DNA from: Flavobacteriales bacterium
Lineage (GTDB): Bacteria > Bacteroidota > Bacteroidia > Flavobacteriales_D > Crocinitomicaceae
Assembly: GCA_013373595.1 (NCBI GenBank)
Contig: JABXHO010000001.1
Location: 4,919 to 68,918, forward strand
Reading direction: 5' to 3'
DNA length: 64,000 nucleotides
Of the stretch, positions 48,047 to 57,449 are shown in pieces (position 1 is the stretch's first letter; every line of letters begins with the position of its first letter). Below the pieces are notes generated by a model. It was not told the origin of the DNA and searched no databases. It saw nothing but the letters and a program-made list of their open reading frames with translations. A program made the position numbers and the translations under genes.

Positions 48047-48541
48047 ATGATGAAATTTCGCGCCATATTAACCTCTCTACTTTTGCTCCTAATCTTTGGA
48101 GTTAATGAAAATGCATGGGCAGGTGTTGACGCGAATGAGGAAGTTGCTACCCCAGCGAGTAGTGAGAAATCAGACGATAAATCTCAAAACGAAGAAGAGA
48201 ATGAGAAAATCACCGATTGGGATTTCTTTGGTGCTTTTTCATTGGTGAATGTTCAGTTGCAATGGCGTGATCTTCACCTAGGTGTAGTGAACGAACCGAC
48301 GCAAACGGAATCATCTGAAGGACATCAGGATATTTCATTTGAAGTAACAGTAACCGATTTTTTCAAAGGGAAAGATCAACTAGTACCAGTTGCAGTTCTT
48401 CCTTCGCTTCCCTTCTTCGCTGTAAGATCGAGTTTTATCGGTGCGAATGAATATCTGAAATCTTCGTGTTACTATAATGTTCAATCCGAACAAACTATCG
48501 CCTACATACAAAACTGTGGTACCTATCCCACACAAGCTTAA
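48047..48541 (+). CDS. hypothetical secreted protein
   Basis: Signal peptide MMKFRAILTSLLLLLIFGVNENAWA, then an acidic low-complexity N-region. Confidence 0.5.
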   Translation: MMKFRAILTSLLLLLIFGVNENAWAGVDANEEVATPASSEKSDDKSQNEEENEKITDWDFFGAFSLVNVQLQWRDLHLGVVNEPTQTESSEGHQDISFEVTVTDFFKGKDQLVPVAVLPSLPFFAVRSSFIGANEYLKSSCYYNVQSEQTIAYIQNCGTYPTQA

Positions 48542-48670
48542 TCGACTCGATTGAGCTCCTCTAATTTCGGGTTTTTGCGCAAATCTTAGCGTCAATTTAA
48601 GGGGAAACACACCATCGGAAGATGTTTTTTTAATCCATCATTTCCTATTGATAATAAAAGAAGTAAAGCC

Positions 48671-48678
48671 TATATTTG
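48671..48678 (+). promoter_or_regulatory. -7 promoter box TATATTTG for secDF
   Basis: Lies 35 nt upstream of the ATG at 48713. Confidence 0.4.
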
Positions 48679-48712
48679 CGGGCTTAAATAACTAACAAAT
48701 TAATTTACGAAC

Positions 48713-51700
48713 ATGCGTAATAAAGGATTTTTTTGGTTCCTAACCATTTTGTTGACAGCAGTTTGTCTGTATCAGCTTTCGTTTACTTGGGTAACAAATA
48801 CCGAAGAGAAAAAAGCGGAGAAAGAAGCACAGGCAATGGTCGACGAAAAGTTTGCCAACCTAGAAGGAGTTGATTCTTTGGATTTACCGAATAACACGAA
48901 AATTTCGGTAACAGATCCAGAAGCGAAAGAATTAGCTAAGTCAGCTTACATCAACGAACTGTTGAAGCGTAAAGCAGACAAAAAAGTATATCCAGTTTTA
49001 GGGTCTACATTTAAAGAAGTAAAAAAGAGAAGTCTTGCATTTGGACTTGACCTCGTTGGAGGGATGAGTGTAACAATGGAGATTTCCGTACCAGAATTGG
49101 TAGCGAGCTACGCTCGTGATACATCAAAAGCAGTTTTCCAAAAAGTGTATCGTCCAGCTGTTGAAAAATACAACACGGAAGGAGGAAACTTCATCGATTA
49201 TTTTGCGGAGGAAAACGCTAAGGAAAACAAAGGGAAATTGGTTCGTTTGTTCTCTATCTCTGATATTGATGAGTTGGGAATGGCGTCAACAGATGAAGAC
49301 GTTGTTGCTTTCTTGAAAGAGAAAGAGAAAAGCGCAATGGTTGGTGTTGAAGAAATCATGAACCGTCGTATCAACCAGTTCGGGGTAGCACAACCAAACA
49401 TTCAAAAAGATCCGAATAACAACCGTTTGTACATCGAACTTCCTGGTGTTCAGGATGAGGTATCGGTAGCGGAAAAATTGAAGTCTACAGCAAACCTTCA
49501 ATTCTTCGAAACATTGGACTTCCAACAACAATTGGCAAACCAATGGAATTCTGCAATTATCTTGTCGCAATCACCATTGGAAGAAGTGGAAGAAGAAGTA
49601 GCAGCAGTAGCAGATTCTTCAAACATGGACTCAACAGGTCTTGCGCTTGATGATACTACTGGAGCTGAAGATGAATTGGGATCTTTGGATCAATCATTGA
49701 ACGAAGAAGCAAAAGATGGATTGGGAACGTTGGTAACGATCCTTTACAAATCGAAAGCATTCGTTGCTGCAGAAGATGTTGACAAAGTAAAAGCATTGTT
49801 AGCGAGAAGAGACATCAGCGAACTATTTACAGATGTTAACTGTAAGTTCATGTGGGGAGCGGATTTGGAAACTGTCGAATTGACAAACAAAGGAGAAGTT
49901 TCTGGTTACGGATTGTACCCATGTCGTATTCCTGAAAGTGGAAAAGCACGTGTTGGTGGAGATGATATCAAATCGGCTTCTCGTGATTACGATCAACAAG
50001 AAGGAAAAATCGCCGTTGGATTGACAATGACGCAAGAAGGTGGTGACAAATGGGCGCAAATGACCGAAGAAAACATTGGACGTCTTGTAGCCATTACAAT
50101 GGATGACGTAGTATACAGTGCGCCAAACGTTGAAGGAGCAATTACTGGAGGAAGAACGCAAATTAGCGGTAGCTTCTCAGTTGAAGAAGCAGACAACCTT
50201 GCTGGATTATTGAACGGTGGAGCACTTCCTGCACCATGTGTGATCAAGGAGCAAATGAAAGTTGGACCAACAATTGGAGCTGAAAATGCACAGGCTGGTT
50301 TAATGTCATTCGTAATCGCATTGGCATTGGTGTTCGTTTACATGATCTTCTACTACGGAAAAGCAGGAATCGTTGCGGATATCGCATTGTTCGCTAACGT
50401 ATTGTTCATCTTTGGAACTTTGGCTTCATTTGGAGCGGTATTAACACTGGCAGGTATGGCCGGTATCGTATTGACAATTGGTATGGCGGTAGATGCCAAT
50501 GTACTGATTTTTGAAAGAATCCGTGAAGAGCAGTCAGCAGGAAAAGATTTGAAATCGGCAGTTGATACTGGATTCCAAAAAGCACTTTCTTCAATTATTG
50601 ATGCCAACGTTACGACATTGTTGACAGCAATTGTATTGAAAGTATTCGGATCAGGTCCTATTGAATCATTCGCTACAACTTTGATCATTGGTATCTTCAC
50701 ATCGGTATTCGCAGCATTGGTAATTTCACGAATGGTGATTACTTGGTGGTTGAAGAAGAAGGCAAGCATCTCGTTCGATACGAAATTGACAAAGGGAGCA
50801 TTCAAAAACTTCAGCATCAACTTCCTCGGAAAGCGTAAAATGTTCTACATGATCTCTGGAATTTTGGTGATTGGTGGGATCATTGCTATCATTGGACGTG
50901 GATTGAGCCCAAGTGTTGAATTCTCTGGAGGACGTACCTTCGGTGTGAAGTTTGAGAAAACAACAGACGGACATGTAGATGAAATCAAGAACGCTGTAAA
51001 AGCATCATTCAATGCTTCAAAAGAATCGGGTGAATTGACATCGGTAGAAGCGAAAACGAAAGCGAACTCATACTTCTTGGAAATCTCTACCAACTTTAAG
51101 CGTTCTGATGCTGGAGCAAATGAGTTCGTAAAAGAGAAGTTGCTCGAAGGATTGAAAAATGTAGAAGATAAAGTAGGAGTTGGAACAATTTCAGAGTCAC
51201 GTTCAGTTTCTCCATCTGTTTCAGATGAATTGTTAACATCATCTACATGGGCAATCATCCTTTCATTGATTGTGATCTTCGCCTACATCTTGATCCGATT
51301 CGGTAAATGGCAATACTCAACAGGAGCCATCCTAGCGATGACACACGACGTTATTGTTGTGTTGGCTGTGTTTGCGATTTTCCACGGAATCTTGCCATTC
51401 AACATGGACATCGACCAGGCGTTTATTGCGGCGATCTTGACAGTAATCGGTTACTCGATCAACGATACCGTAGTCGTGTTCGACCGTATCCGTGAGAACT
51501 TGTCGATCTACAAAGGAACAAATGAGACCGAAAACATCAACACATCGTTGAACTCGACATTGTCGCGTACCATCAACACCTCGATGACAACCTTCATCGT
51601 ATTGTTGATCATCTTCATCTTCGGTGGTGCTGCCATTAAAGGCTTCATCTTCGCATTGATGGTAGGTGTAGTTGTCGGAACATACTCATCATTGTTCATT

Positions 51701-51760
51701 GCAACACCATTATTGGTTGACCTTTCAAAGAAGGTTAAAGTAGAAGCAAAAGAGGAGTAA
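48713..51760 (+). CDS. secDF: protein translocase subunit SecDF (fused)
   Basis: 1015 aa with two blocks of six TM helices and large periplasmic domains. Conserved SecD/SecF motifs include GLDLVGG and VVFDRIRE. Confidence 0.95.
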   Translation: MRNKGFFWFLTILLTAVCLYQLSFTWVTNTEEKKAEKEAQAMVDEKFANLEGVDSLDLPNNTKISVTDPEAKELAKSAYINELLKRKADKKVYPVLGSTFKEVKKRSLAFGLDLVGGMSVTMEISVPELVASYARDTSKAVFQKVYRPAVEKYNTEGGNFIDYFAEENAKENKGKLVRLFSISDIDELGMASTDEDVVAFLKEKEKSAMVGVEEIMNRRINQFGVAQPNIQKDPNNNRLYIELPGVQDEVSVAEKLKSTANLQFFETLDFQQQLANQWNSAIILSQSPLEEVEEEVAAVADSSNMDSTGLALDDTTGAEDELGSLDQSLNEEAKDGLGTLVTILYKSKAFVAAEDVDKVKALLARRDISELFTDVNCKFMWGADLETVELTNKGEVSGYGLYPCRIPESGKARVGGDDIKSASRDYDQQEGKIAVGLTMTQEGGDKWAQMTEENIGRLVAITMDDVVYSAPNVEGAITGGRTQISGSFSVEEADNLAGLLNGGALPAPCVIKEQMKVGPTIGAENAQAGLMSFVIALALVFVYMIFYYGKAGIVADIALFANVLFIFGTLASFGAVLTLAGMAGIVLTIGMAVDANVLIFERIREEQSAGKDLKSAVDTGFQKALSSIIDANVTTLLTAIVLKVFGSGPIESFATTLIIGIFTSVFAALVISRMVITWWLKKKASISFDTKLTKGAFKNFSINFLGKRKMFYMISGILVIGGIIAIIGRGLSPSVEFSGGRTFGVKFEKTTDGHVDEIKNAVKASFNASKESGELTSVEAKTKANSYFLEISTNFKRSDAGANEFVKEKLLEGLKNVEDKVGVGTISESRSVSPSVSDELLTSSTWAIILSLIVIFAYILIRFGKWQYSTGAILAMTHDVIVVLAVFAIFHGILPFNMDIDQAFIAAILTVIGYSINDTVVVFDRIRENLSIYKGTNETENINTSLNSTLSRTINTSMTTFIVLLIIFIFGGAAIKGFIFALMVGVVVGTYSSLFIATPLLVDLSKKVKVEAKEE

Positions 51761-51782
51761 ATCTCCCATTTAATAACTGAAT

Positions 51783-51831
51783 CCCACTTCATTCCCGATA
51801 TCTATCGGGACAATGAGGTGGGACTTTTTTT
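51783..51831 (+). terminator. rho-independent terminator of secDF
   Basis: The 11-bp outer stem CCCACTTCATT/AATGAGGTGGG (one G-U pair) encloses the palindrome CCCGATATCTATCGGG and is followed by a T7 run at 51825-51831. Confidence 0.75.
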
Positions 51832-52038
51832 GTTTTTACTCCAACGAAATCTCGCATTCCGACGTTCTTTAATTAGAGCCTTTTCTTAACCTTAATAGAT
51901 GTGAAGTATGATTGTAGTGGTCGGATTAATTGTAGTTGTAATTATTGGAAAAGTGGTATTCGGAACAATTTTGAATCATTGATTTTTTTTGTTCAAGCGG
52001 AATGTAAGCGAAATCTTCGTTCGTTTCATCATGAATAA

Positions 52039-52058
52039 ACAACACCACTAATCATCCA
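52039..52058 (+). repeat. left copy of perfect 20-bp direct repeat ACAACACCACTAATCATCCA
   Basis: Identical to 55120-55139. The flanking bases differ on both sides. Confidence 0.9.
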
Positions 52059-52134
52059 GCTCAGCCTTTTTGATAAAAAATGATTACTTTCGCCTTAGCA
52101 ACTAAGACATAGCCATTTCGTCTTACAACACAGA

Positions 52135-55071
52135 ATGACCTCTACCTATAAACCGCATAGCACAGTTTCATATTTTATCGTTTTTCTTGCGTTATTGATG
52201 TTTCCTCTTGGGGTTTTCGCCCAGTTACAATGTGGGCAAACAATTGACTTTAATACATGGAGTCAGGAAGGTCTTCCAGCAAGTGGCGTTTGGTCGGTTT
52301 CACCTGGAGGAAATGCCGTTGAGCAAACCTTTAACGGTTCTGCCACTTGGTTTGTCAGCCCTAACGATTTTATAGATGTTACTATTCAAGGTTCGTTTCA
52401 AGTCAATACGTCCTCAGATGATGATTTAATAGGGTTTGTTTTTGGCTACCAAAATCCTTTTGGAGCGCTTACAAATCCCTCTAGTACACCAATGAAGTCT
52501 TTTATATTTGACTGGAAGCAAACATCTCAAGTCTTTCAAGGTTTATCATCTAGTGAAGGATTTGCACTATACGAAGTAGATGGTCCATTTGATTTTACAG
52601 GACTCGTTGTGCAGGGGTCAGGTCAAGTTTACCCCGAGTTTTGGGAGCGAGTGAATACTCCAATTGTCAATGTACTGGATACGGACTACGGAAATAATGG
52701 CTGGAACGATTTTCAGCAGTATGATTTCCAGCTGAAATATACGACTGATTCAATTGTTATTTGGGTTGATGGGGTACGAATTTTTGAAGAAGATGGCTGT
52801 TTTGAACCGGGTAGGTTTGGTTTTTATAACCAATCACAGGATGCAGTTGTTTATTCTAATTTTTCGTACGATATCACTTATGACTTTATCACTGATCCTG
52901 TCTTATGTTTAGGGGACACCTCATTTTTTGAAATAGGAGGTGGATGCGTTACGAGCTTTCCATCAACAACAAGTTTTGATTGGAACTTTGGCGATGGTAC
53001 CACAGGAAGTGGTTTAGATCCGTCTCACGTATATACAACATCGGGTATATATCAGGCCGAGTTGGTTTCATCAGACCCCTATGGATGTTTAGACACATCA
53101 ACACAACTCATTGAGATCTTAGATTATCCCATTTCGAATGCTGGTGCAGATGAAATAGTTTGTGGAGTGAGTCATTCATTAAATGCTTCTCCACTTCAAG
53201 GATTTTGGACAGCACTAAATGGTGGTTCGTTTTCAGATCCTACCTCTGCGAATAGCTCTATTTCAGTTCCTGGAGCGGGAACATATTCTTTTGTATGGGA
53301 AGCAACAAATGCTATAGGCTGCTCGTCAAGCGATACAGTATCAATTACATTCAACGATTTTAATTTAAATGCTGTTCTTACTGATGTGAGTTGTAGTGGT
53401 GGTGCAGATGGAGAAGTTCTTATTACAACTTCTAATGGAGTTCAACCTGTAACATATCAATGGACTACACCTGCGGGGAATCAAATAGCCAATCCTGTGG
53501 TGAATTTAACTGCTGGACCTGTAGCTCTTACTCTTACGGACGGTACGGGATGTGTTATTGATACATCATTCGTGATCCAAGAGCCATCACCCTTTACCTT
53601 TAATCTAGATGTATTTCCGTCAGATTGTGATATTGCGGACGGTGAAGCATTGGTTTCAGCAATATCTGGGGGGACAGGACCGTATTTATATGATTGGGGA
53701 ATGGGGGTTGATGTTCAACCCATTCTATCCGGGCTTTCTGCAGGGACATACTCTCTTATCATTTCGGATAATAATGGTTGTGATACTACTGTAAATTTTA
53801 GCATAATGAACGATCCATTCACTCCAAGTGCTAGCGTAGTTCAGGATATTTCGTGCTTCGGGTTGATTGATGGAGAAGCAATAGCTTCAGGTCCAAGTCC
53901 ATCCGCTTCTTACACTTATCAATGGGGAGCTTCCAGTAATTTTCAGACGACTCAGGTTGCGACTAATTTGCCCGCGGGGAGTCATGAAGTGACAATTACG
54001 TCTGCAGAAGGATGTGTGGAGACGTTAAGTGTTGTTGTGGTTGAACCAAGTGAGTTGTTAGTTAGCCTATCCGATACGGCAGTTTGTATTGGGAGTGTAC
54101 ATACATTCGAGGCATTTCCTTCTGGTGGAACACCCGTTTACACTTATTCATGGAATAATTCTTCTGGACAGCCAATAAACCCAATCGATTTCACAGTACT
54201 CCAAAACGACACCATTAGTATTACTGTGACAGATGCCAACAACTGCCAAGTTAGTGATTCAATGATTTTGATTGGGTTAGAGGCTCCAACAGCGAGTTTT
54301 AATGTGGATGAGCTAGTATCTTGTATGTTTCCTGTGATAAACTTTAACTTTGTCAATACGTCAATTCCAGCGAGTGCAAATGTGGTGTGGGATTTTGGTG
54401 ATGGAAGCACAGCTTCGGGGAATTCTGTTTCTCATTCTTTCGGCAGTCCAGGTACTTATTCAATAGGGATAGAGGTTACAGGTACAAACGGTTGTGTTAG
54501 CTCACTTGTTCAGCCAAATTATATTTCGATCTTCCCTAATCCCATTGCTGATTTTACATTTTCTCCAAATCAGATTACATCATTATTCCCTACCATTCAA
54601 TTTATTGACTTGTCTTATGATGATATCGTAACATGGGAATGGACTTTGGGCACTGACGGGACAAGCTCATTGCAACACCCTAATCATGATTTTAATCCTA
54701 GTGATGGTAGTCAATTAATAACGTTAGAAGTTGAGAATATACATGGATGCATAGATAGTACTTCACGTCTAATTGAAGCAGGTGAATTAATTAGTATTTA
54801 TGCCCCGAATGCCTTTACACCAGATGATGATGAGTTTAATCAAACATGGAGAATTTACCTCGAAGGTTTAGATATTTATGATGTAGAAATCAGGATATAT
54901 AATCGCTGGGGCGAGACTGTCTGGGAATCGCACGATGCAAGTGTAGGGTGGGACGGAACGTACAATGGAAGAATCGTACCAGATGGTGTTTACACATGGA
55001 CATTAAAGGTTGGATTAATGGACACCGATGAACGCTACGAAAGGGTAGGGCATGTCAATGTGTTGCGTTGA
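52135..55071 (+). CDS. T9SS type B sorting domain protein (gliding-motility-associated C-terminal domain) with PKD and SprB-like repeats
   Basis: Signal peptide, PKD-like units (FGDGTTGSG..., FGDGSTASG...), and the C-terminal motif IYAPNAFTPDDDEFNQTW...YNRWGETVWES...GWDGTYNGRIVPDGVYTW. Confidence 0.85.
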   Translation: MTSTYKPHSTVSYFIVFLALLMFPLGVFAQLQCGQTIDFNTWSQEGLPASGVWSVSPGGNAVEQTFNGSATWFVSPNDFIDVTIQGSFQVNTSSDDDLIGFVFGYQNPFGALTNPSSTPMKSFIFDWKQTSQVFQGLSSSEGFALYEVDGPFDFTGLVVQGSGQVYPEFWERVNTPIVNVLDTDYGNNGWNDFQQYDFQLKYTTDSIVIWVDGVRIFEEDGCFEPGRFGFYNQSQDAVVYSNFSYDITYDFITDPVLCLGDTSFFEIGGGCVTSFPSTTSFDWNFGDGTTGSGLDPSHVYTTSGIYQAELVSSDPYGCLDTSTQLIEILDYPISNAGADEIVCGVSHSLNASPLQGFWTALNGGSFSDPTSANSSISVPGAGTYSFVWEATNAIGCSSSDTVSITFNDFNLNAVLTDVSCSGGADGEVLITTSNGVQPVTYQWTTPAGNQIANPVVNLTAGPVALTLTDGTGCVIDTSFVIQEPSPFTFNLDVFPSDCDIADGEALVSAISGGTGPYLYDWGMGVDVQPILSGLSAGTYSLIISDNNGCDTTVNFSIMNDPFTPSASVVQDISCFGLIDGEAIASGPSPSASYTYQWGASSNFQTTQVATNLPAGSHEVTITSAEGCVETLSVVVVEPSELLVSLSDTAVCIGSVHTFEAFPSGGTPVYTYSWNNSSGQPINPIDFTVLQNDTISITVTDANNCQVSDSMILIGLEAPTASFNVDELVSCMFPVINFNFVNTSIPASANVVWDFGDGSTASGNSVSHSFGSPGTYSIGIEVTGTNGCVSSLVQPNYISIFPNPIADFTFSPNQITSLFPTIQFIDLSYDDIVTWEWTLGTDGTSSLQHPNHDFNPSDGSQLITLEVENIHGCIDSTSRLIEAGELISIYAPNAFTPDDDEFNQTWRIYLEGLDIYDVEIRIYNRWGETVWESHDASVGWDGTYNGRIVPDGVYTWTLKVGLMDTDERYERVGHVNVLR

Positions 55072-55119
55072 ATTAAGAAACATTTTTTGGGAGAATTCGA
55101 GTAGAATATCCGCTATAGC

Positions 55120-55139
55120 ACAACACCACTAATCATCCA
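55120..55139 (+). repeat. right copy of the 20-bp direct repeat; overlaps the stop codon of the minus-strand exonuclease gene
   Basis: Identical to 52039-52058. It covers codons L(2 nt)-D-D-stop and 9 nt of the 3' UTR of 55129..56505. Confidence 0.9.
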
Positions 55140-56505
55140 AGCGTACCAATTCGTGTTTGCCATCCTTCCGTAGAAACAACTTCAGAATGGTTCGAGCATC
55201 TCGATCATCGGGAGTCAAATCAATAAAACGATCCCATTTTTTCGGTTTTAATCCATGAAAATGAAAGGGAGCATAGCCATAGCCACGTAGTGAACCATTT
55301 TCGACATATACGAGGCTCTTTTCTCCTTTTTGACGTCCTTTGTCTACAATGTAGAAGGTGTCATTGTTCATCATCAATTCGTCAATAAGATCATTACAAC
55401 GGGCATTGTATTCTTCGGGAGATTCCTCTTGTACACAAGCGCCTTTGCACTCCTTAATTTCGTAGCGAAAACAAGAACTTTGCGTTTTGTAAGTATTACA
55501 GAGCTTTTGACACAATTCGTATTGTTCAATCATTCGCTCCAAATGATTCGTACCCTCTTTTCTTGAGCTAAAACTCAATAGAGGAGCTTCCTGTGTGCTA
55601 CTTGTTCGAGCAATATGAAACTGAATGTAGCCACGCGCATCCGTAAAGTGATACAATCCGTAGGGAAATTTATTATTACGAAGGGCACGATTATACAGCG
55701 GTTGATGCTGCTTGATTAACTGGCTTTCTAACAACAATGCAATCAATTCCGATCCTGTGAGTTCAAATTCAATCCGCGAAATTTCTTGCTGCATTTCTAT
55801 GCCTTTCTTCGTTTTATTGTTTCGAAGATGTTGTTCAATGCGTTTTTTAATGTGAATGCTCTTCCCGATATAAATCAATTGATTGGTGTCATTGAAAAAG
55901 CGGTAAACACCTGCTTTGTTGGGAATTTCATCCAAAACATCTAGATCCAGATTGGGATGCAAGCGTTTCGGATTCAGTTCTTCTTGGATAAACGTGGATA
56001 ATCCCGCTTTATCCGTCTCCATTAAAATCGTGAAAAGCTTTGCCGTAGCGAGAGCATCACCACCAGCACGGTGTCTCCCAATGAGTTCAATACCCAAGCT
56101 TCGCGTGAGTTTCCCAAGGCTGTACGAATCGTGACCTGGAAGAACGTAGCGAGAAGCACGTACAGTACACAAATGAGGACGACGATAATCAAATCCCAAA
56201 GTGCGGAACTCATGTCGTACAATACCGTAGTCAAATCCTACATTGTGCGCAACAAAAACACAATCCTTGGTAAACTCCACAATGTCTTTTGCTACCTCGT
56301 AGAACTTCGGAGAGTCTTGCACCATTTCATTGTTAATTCCAGTTAGGTTGACAATAAACGGAGGAATACGCATTTCAGGATTGATCAGCGTGACGTATTC
56401 GTCGATGATTTCTTTTCCATTGTGTTTGTAGATAGCAATTTCCGTGATTTTAGAGCTTTTTGGGCTCCCTCCGGTTGTTTCAATATCTACTATGGCATAA
56501 TTCAC
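55129..56505 (-). CDS. DEDDh 3'-5' exonuclease (DnaQ-like) fused to GIY-YIG nuclease domain (Cho/UvrC-like)
   Basis: Exo motifs YAIVDIETTG, HNVGFDYGI and HRAGGDA, plus GIY-YIG GVYRFFNDTNQLIYIGKS. Confidence 0.85.
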   Translation of the reverse strand: MNYAIVDIETTGGSPKSSKITEIAIYKHNGKEIIDEYVTLINPEMRIPPFIVNLTGINNEMVQDSPKFYEVAKDIVEFTKDCVFVAHNVGFDYGIVRHEFRTLGFDYRRPHLCTVRASRYVLPGHDSYSLGKLTRSLGIELIGRHRAGGDALATAKLFTILMETDKAGLSTFIQEELNPKRLHPNLDLDVLDEIPNKAGVYRFFNDTNQLIYIGKSIHIKKRIEQHLRNNKTKKGIEMQQEISRIEFELTGSELIALLLESQLIKQHQPLYNRALRNNKFPYGLYHFTDARGYIQFHIARTSSTQEAPLLSFSSRKEGTNHLERMIEQYELCQKLCNTYKTQSSCFRYEIKECKGACVQEESPEEYNARCNDLIDELMMNNDTFYIVDKGRQKGEKSLVYVENGSLRGYGYAPFHFHGLKPKKWDRFIDLTPDDRDARTILKLFLRKDGKHELVRLDD

Positions 56506-56582
56506 GAAACGAAGTTCAGAAAAAACAATTAGAATTAATTGGATTCTAGCATCGAATTGAAAACAATGCGACGTGTAAATCT

Positions 56583-57428
56583 TTATTCGACCGTTTTCTC
56601 AGTTACTGGATTCGACAAAATTTCGTTGAGTTTTGTCTGGTAAATGTGGTTTTTCATGAATCCAGTGTGTCCCAAATCGGGAATAGGAGTTAAGTCGATG
56701 GCTGGAACGATTTGTTTCAACTTTGTTGAGGAAGCATAAGGGATGGTCGTGTCTTTCGTTCCGTGAAAAATGTAAATTGGACACGTAGTCTCTTTCAAAC
56801 GCTCATTTGTTTCAAATGGATAGTGCAACAGCCACGTTGGGAAAATCGGGTATTTCTGGCGCATCATATCTTTCATGCTGAAATATGGAGCTTGAAGAAT
56901 GAGTTGTTCTGGATGATTCTTAGCTGCCAACCATGAAGCGATTCCCGTTCCGATCGAGTAACCTAAAACAGTGATGTTGGATTCATCATAGCTTCTTTTC
57001 AATTGACTGTAGAGAATTTGTGCATCGGCGAAAAGTCTAGCTTCTGAATCGATCGTTCCATCGCTTTTCCCAAATCCTCGGAAATCGTAGATGAATAAAT
57101 CATACCCTCGGTCGGTGAAGGATGAAGCAACACCTCCAGCTGTAGTGAGATTTTCAGCATTTCCGTGAATATAGAAGACTAGTTTTCGATCTCCCGAAAC
57201 GGAATCCGCCTTGAAAAGAAGTCCATTCAATTCAGTTTCGTCGTCTACTTGGTAGAATTGCTCTTCAAAGTTTTGTGAGTAAGCGTACTTGACCGATTTT
57301 CCCACTTTTTCTGGATGAAAGAGTAGTTTTTCTTGAAACGAATAAAGGAGAATACACGCAACCACATAGAGCACAACCAACAGGGAGATTCCCCGCTTGA
57401 TGTATTTTCGAATGTTTGATTTCGTCAT
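56583..57428 (-). CDS. alpha/beta hydrolase with N-terminal membrane anchor
   Basis: Nucleophile elbow GYSIGTG, HG oxyanion motif (YIHGNAEN), and an N-terminal TM. Confidence 0.8.
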   Translation of the reverse strand: MTKSNIRKYIKRGISLLVVLYVVACILLYSFQEKLLFHPEKVGKSVKYAYSQNFEEQFYQVDDETELNGLLFKADSVSGDRKLVFYIHGNAENLTTAGGVASSFTDRGYDLFIYDFRGFGKSDGTIDSEARLFADAQILYSQLKRSYDESNITVLGYSIGTGIASWLAAKNHPEQLILQAPYFSMKDMMRQKYPIFPTWLLHYPFETNERLKETTCPIYIFHGTKDTTIPYASSTKLKQIVPAIDLTPIPDLGHTGFMKNHIYQTKLNEILSNPVTEKTVE

Positions 57429-57449
57429 GGTTGCTATGGATTGAAATAG

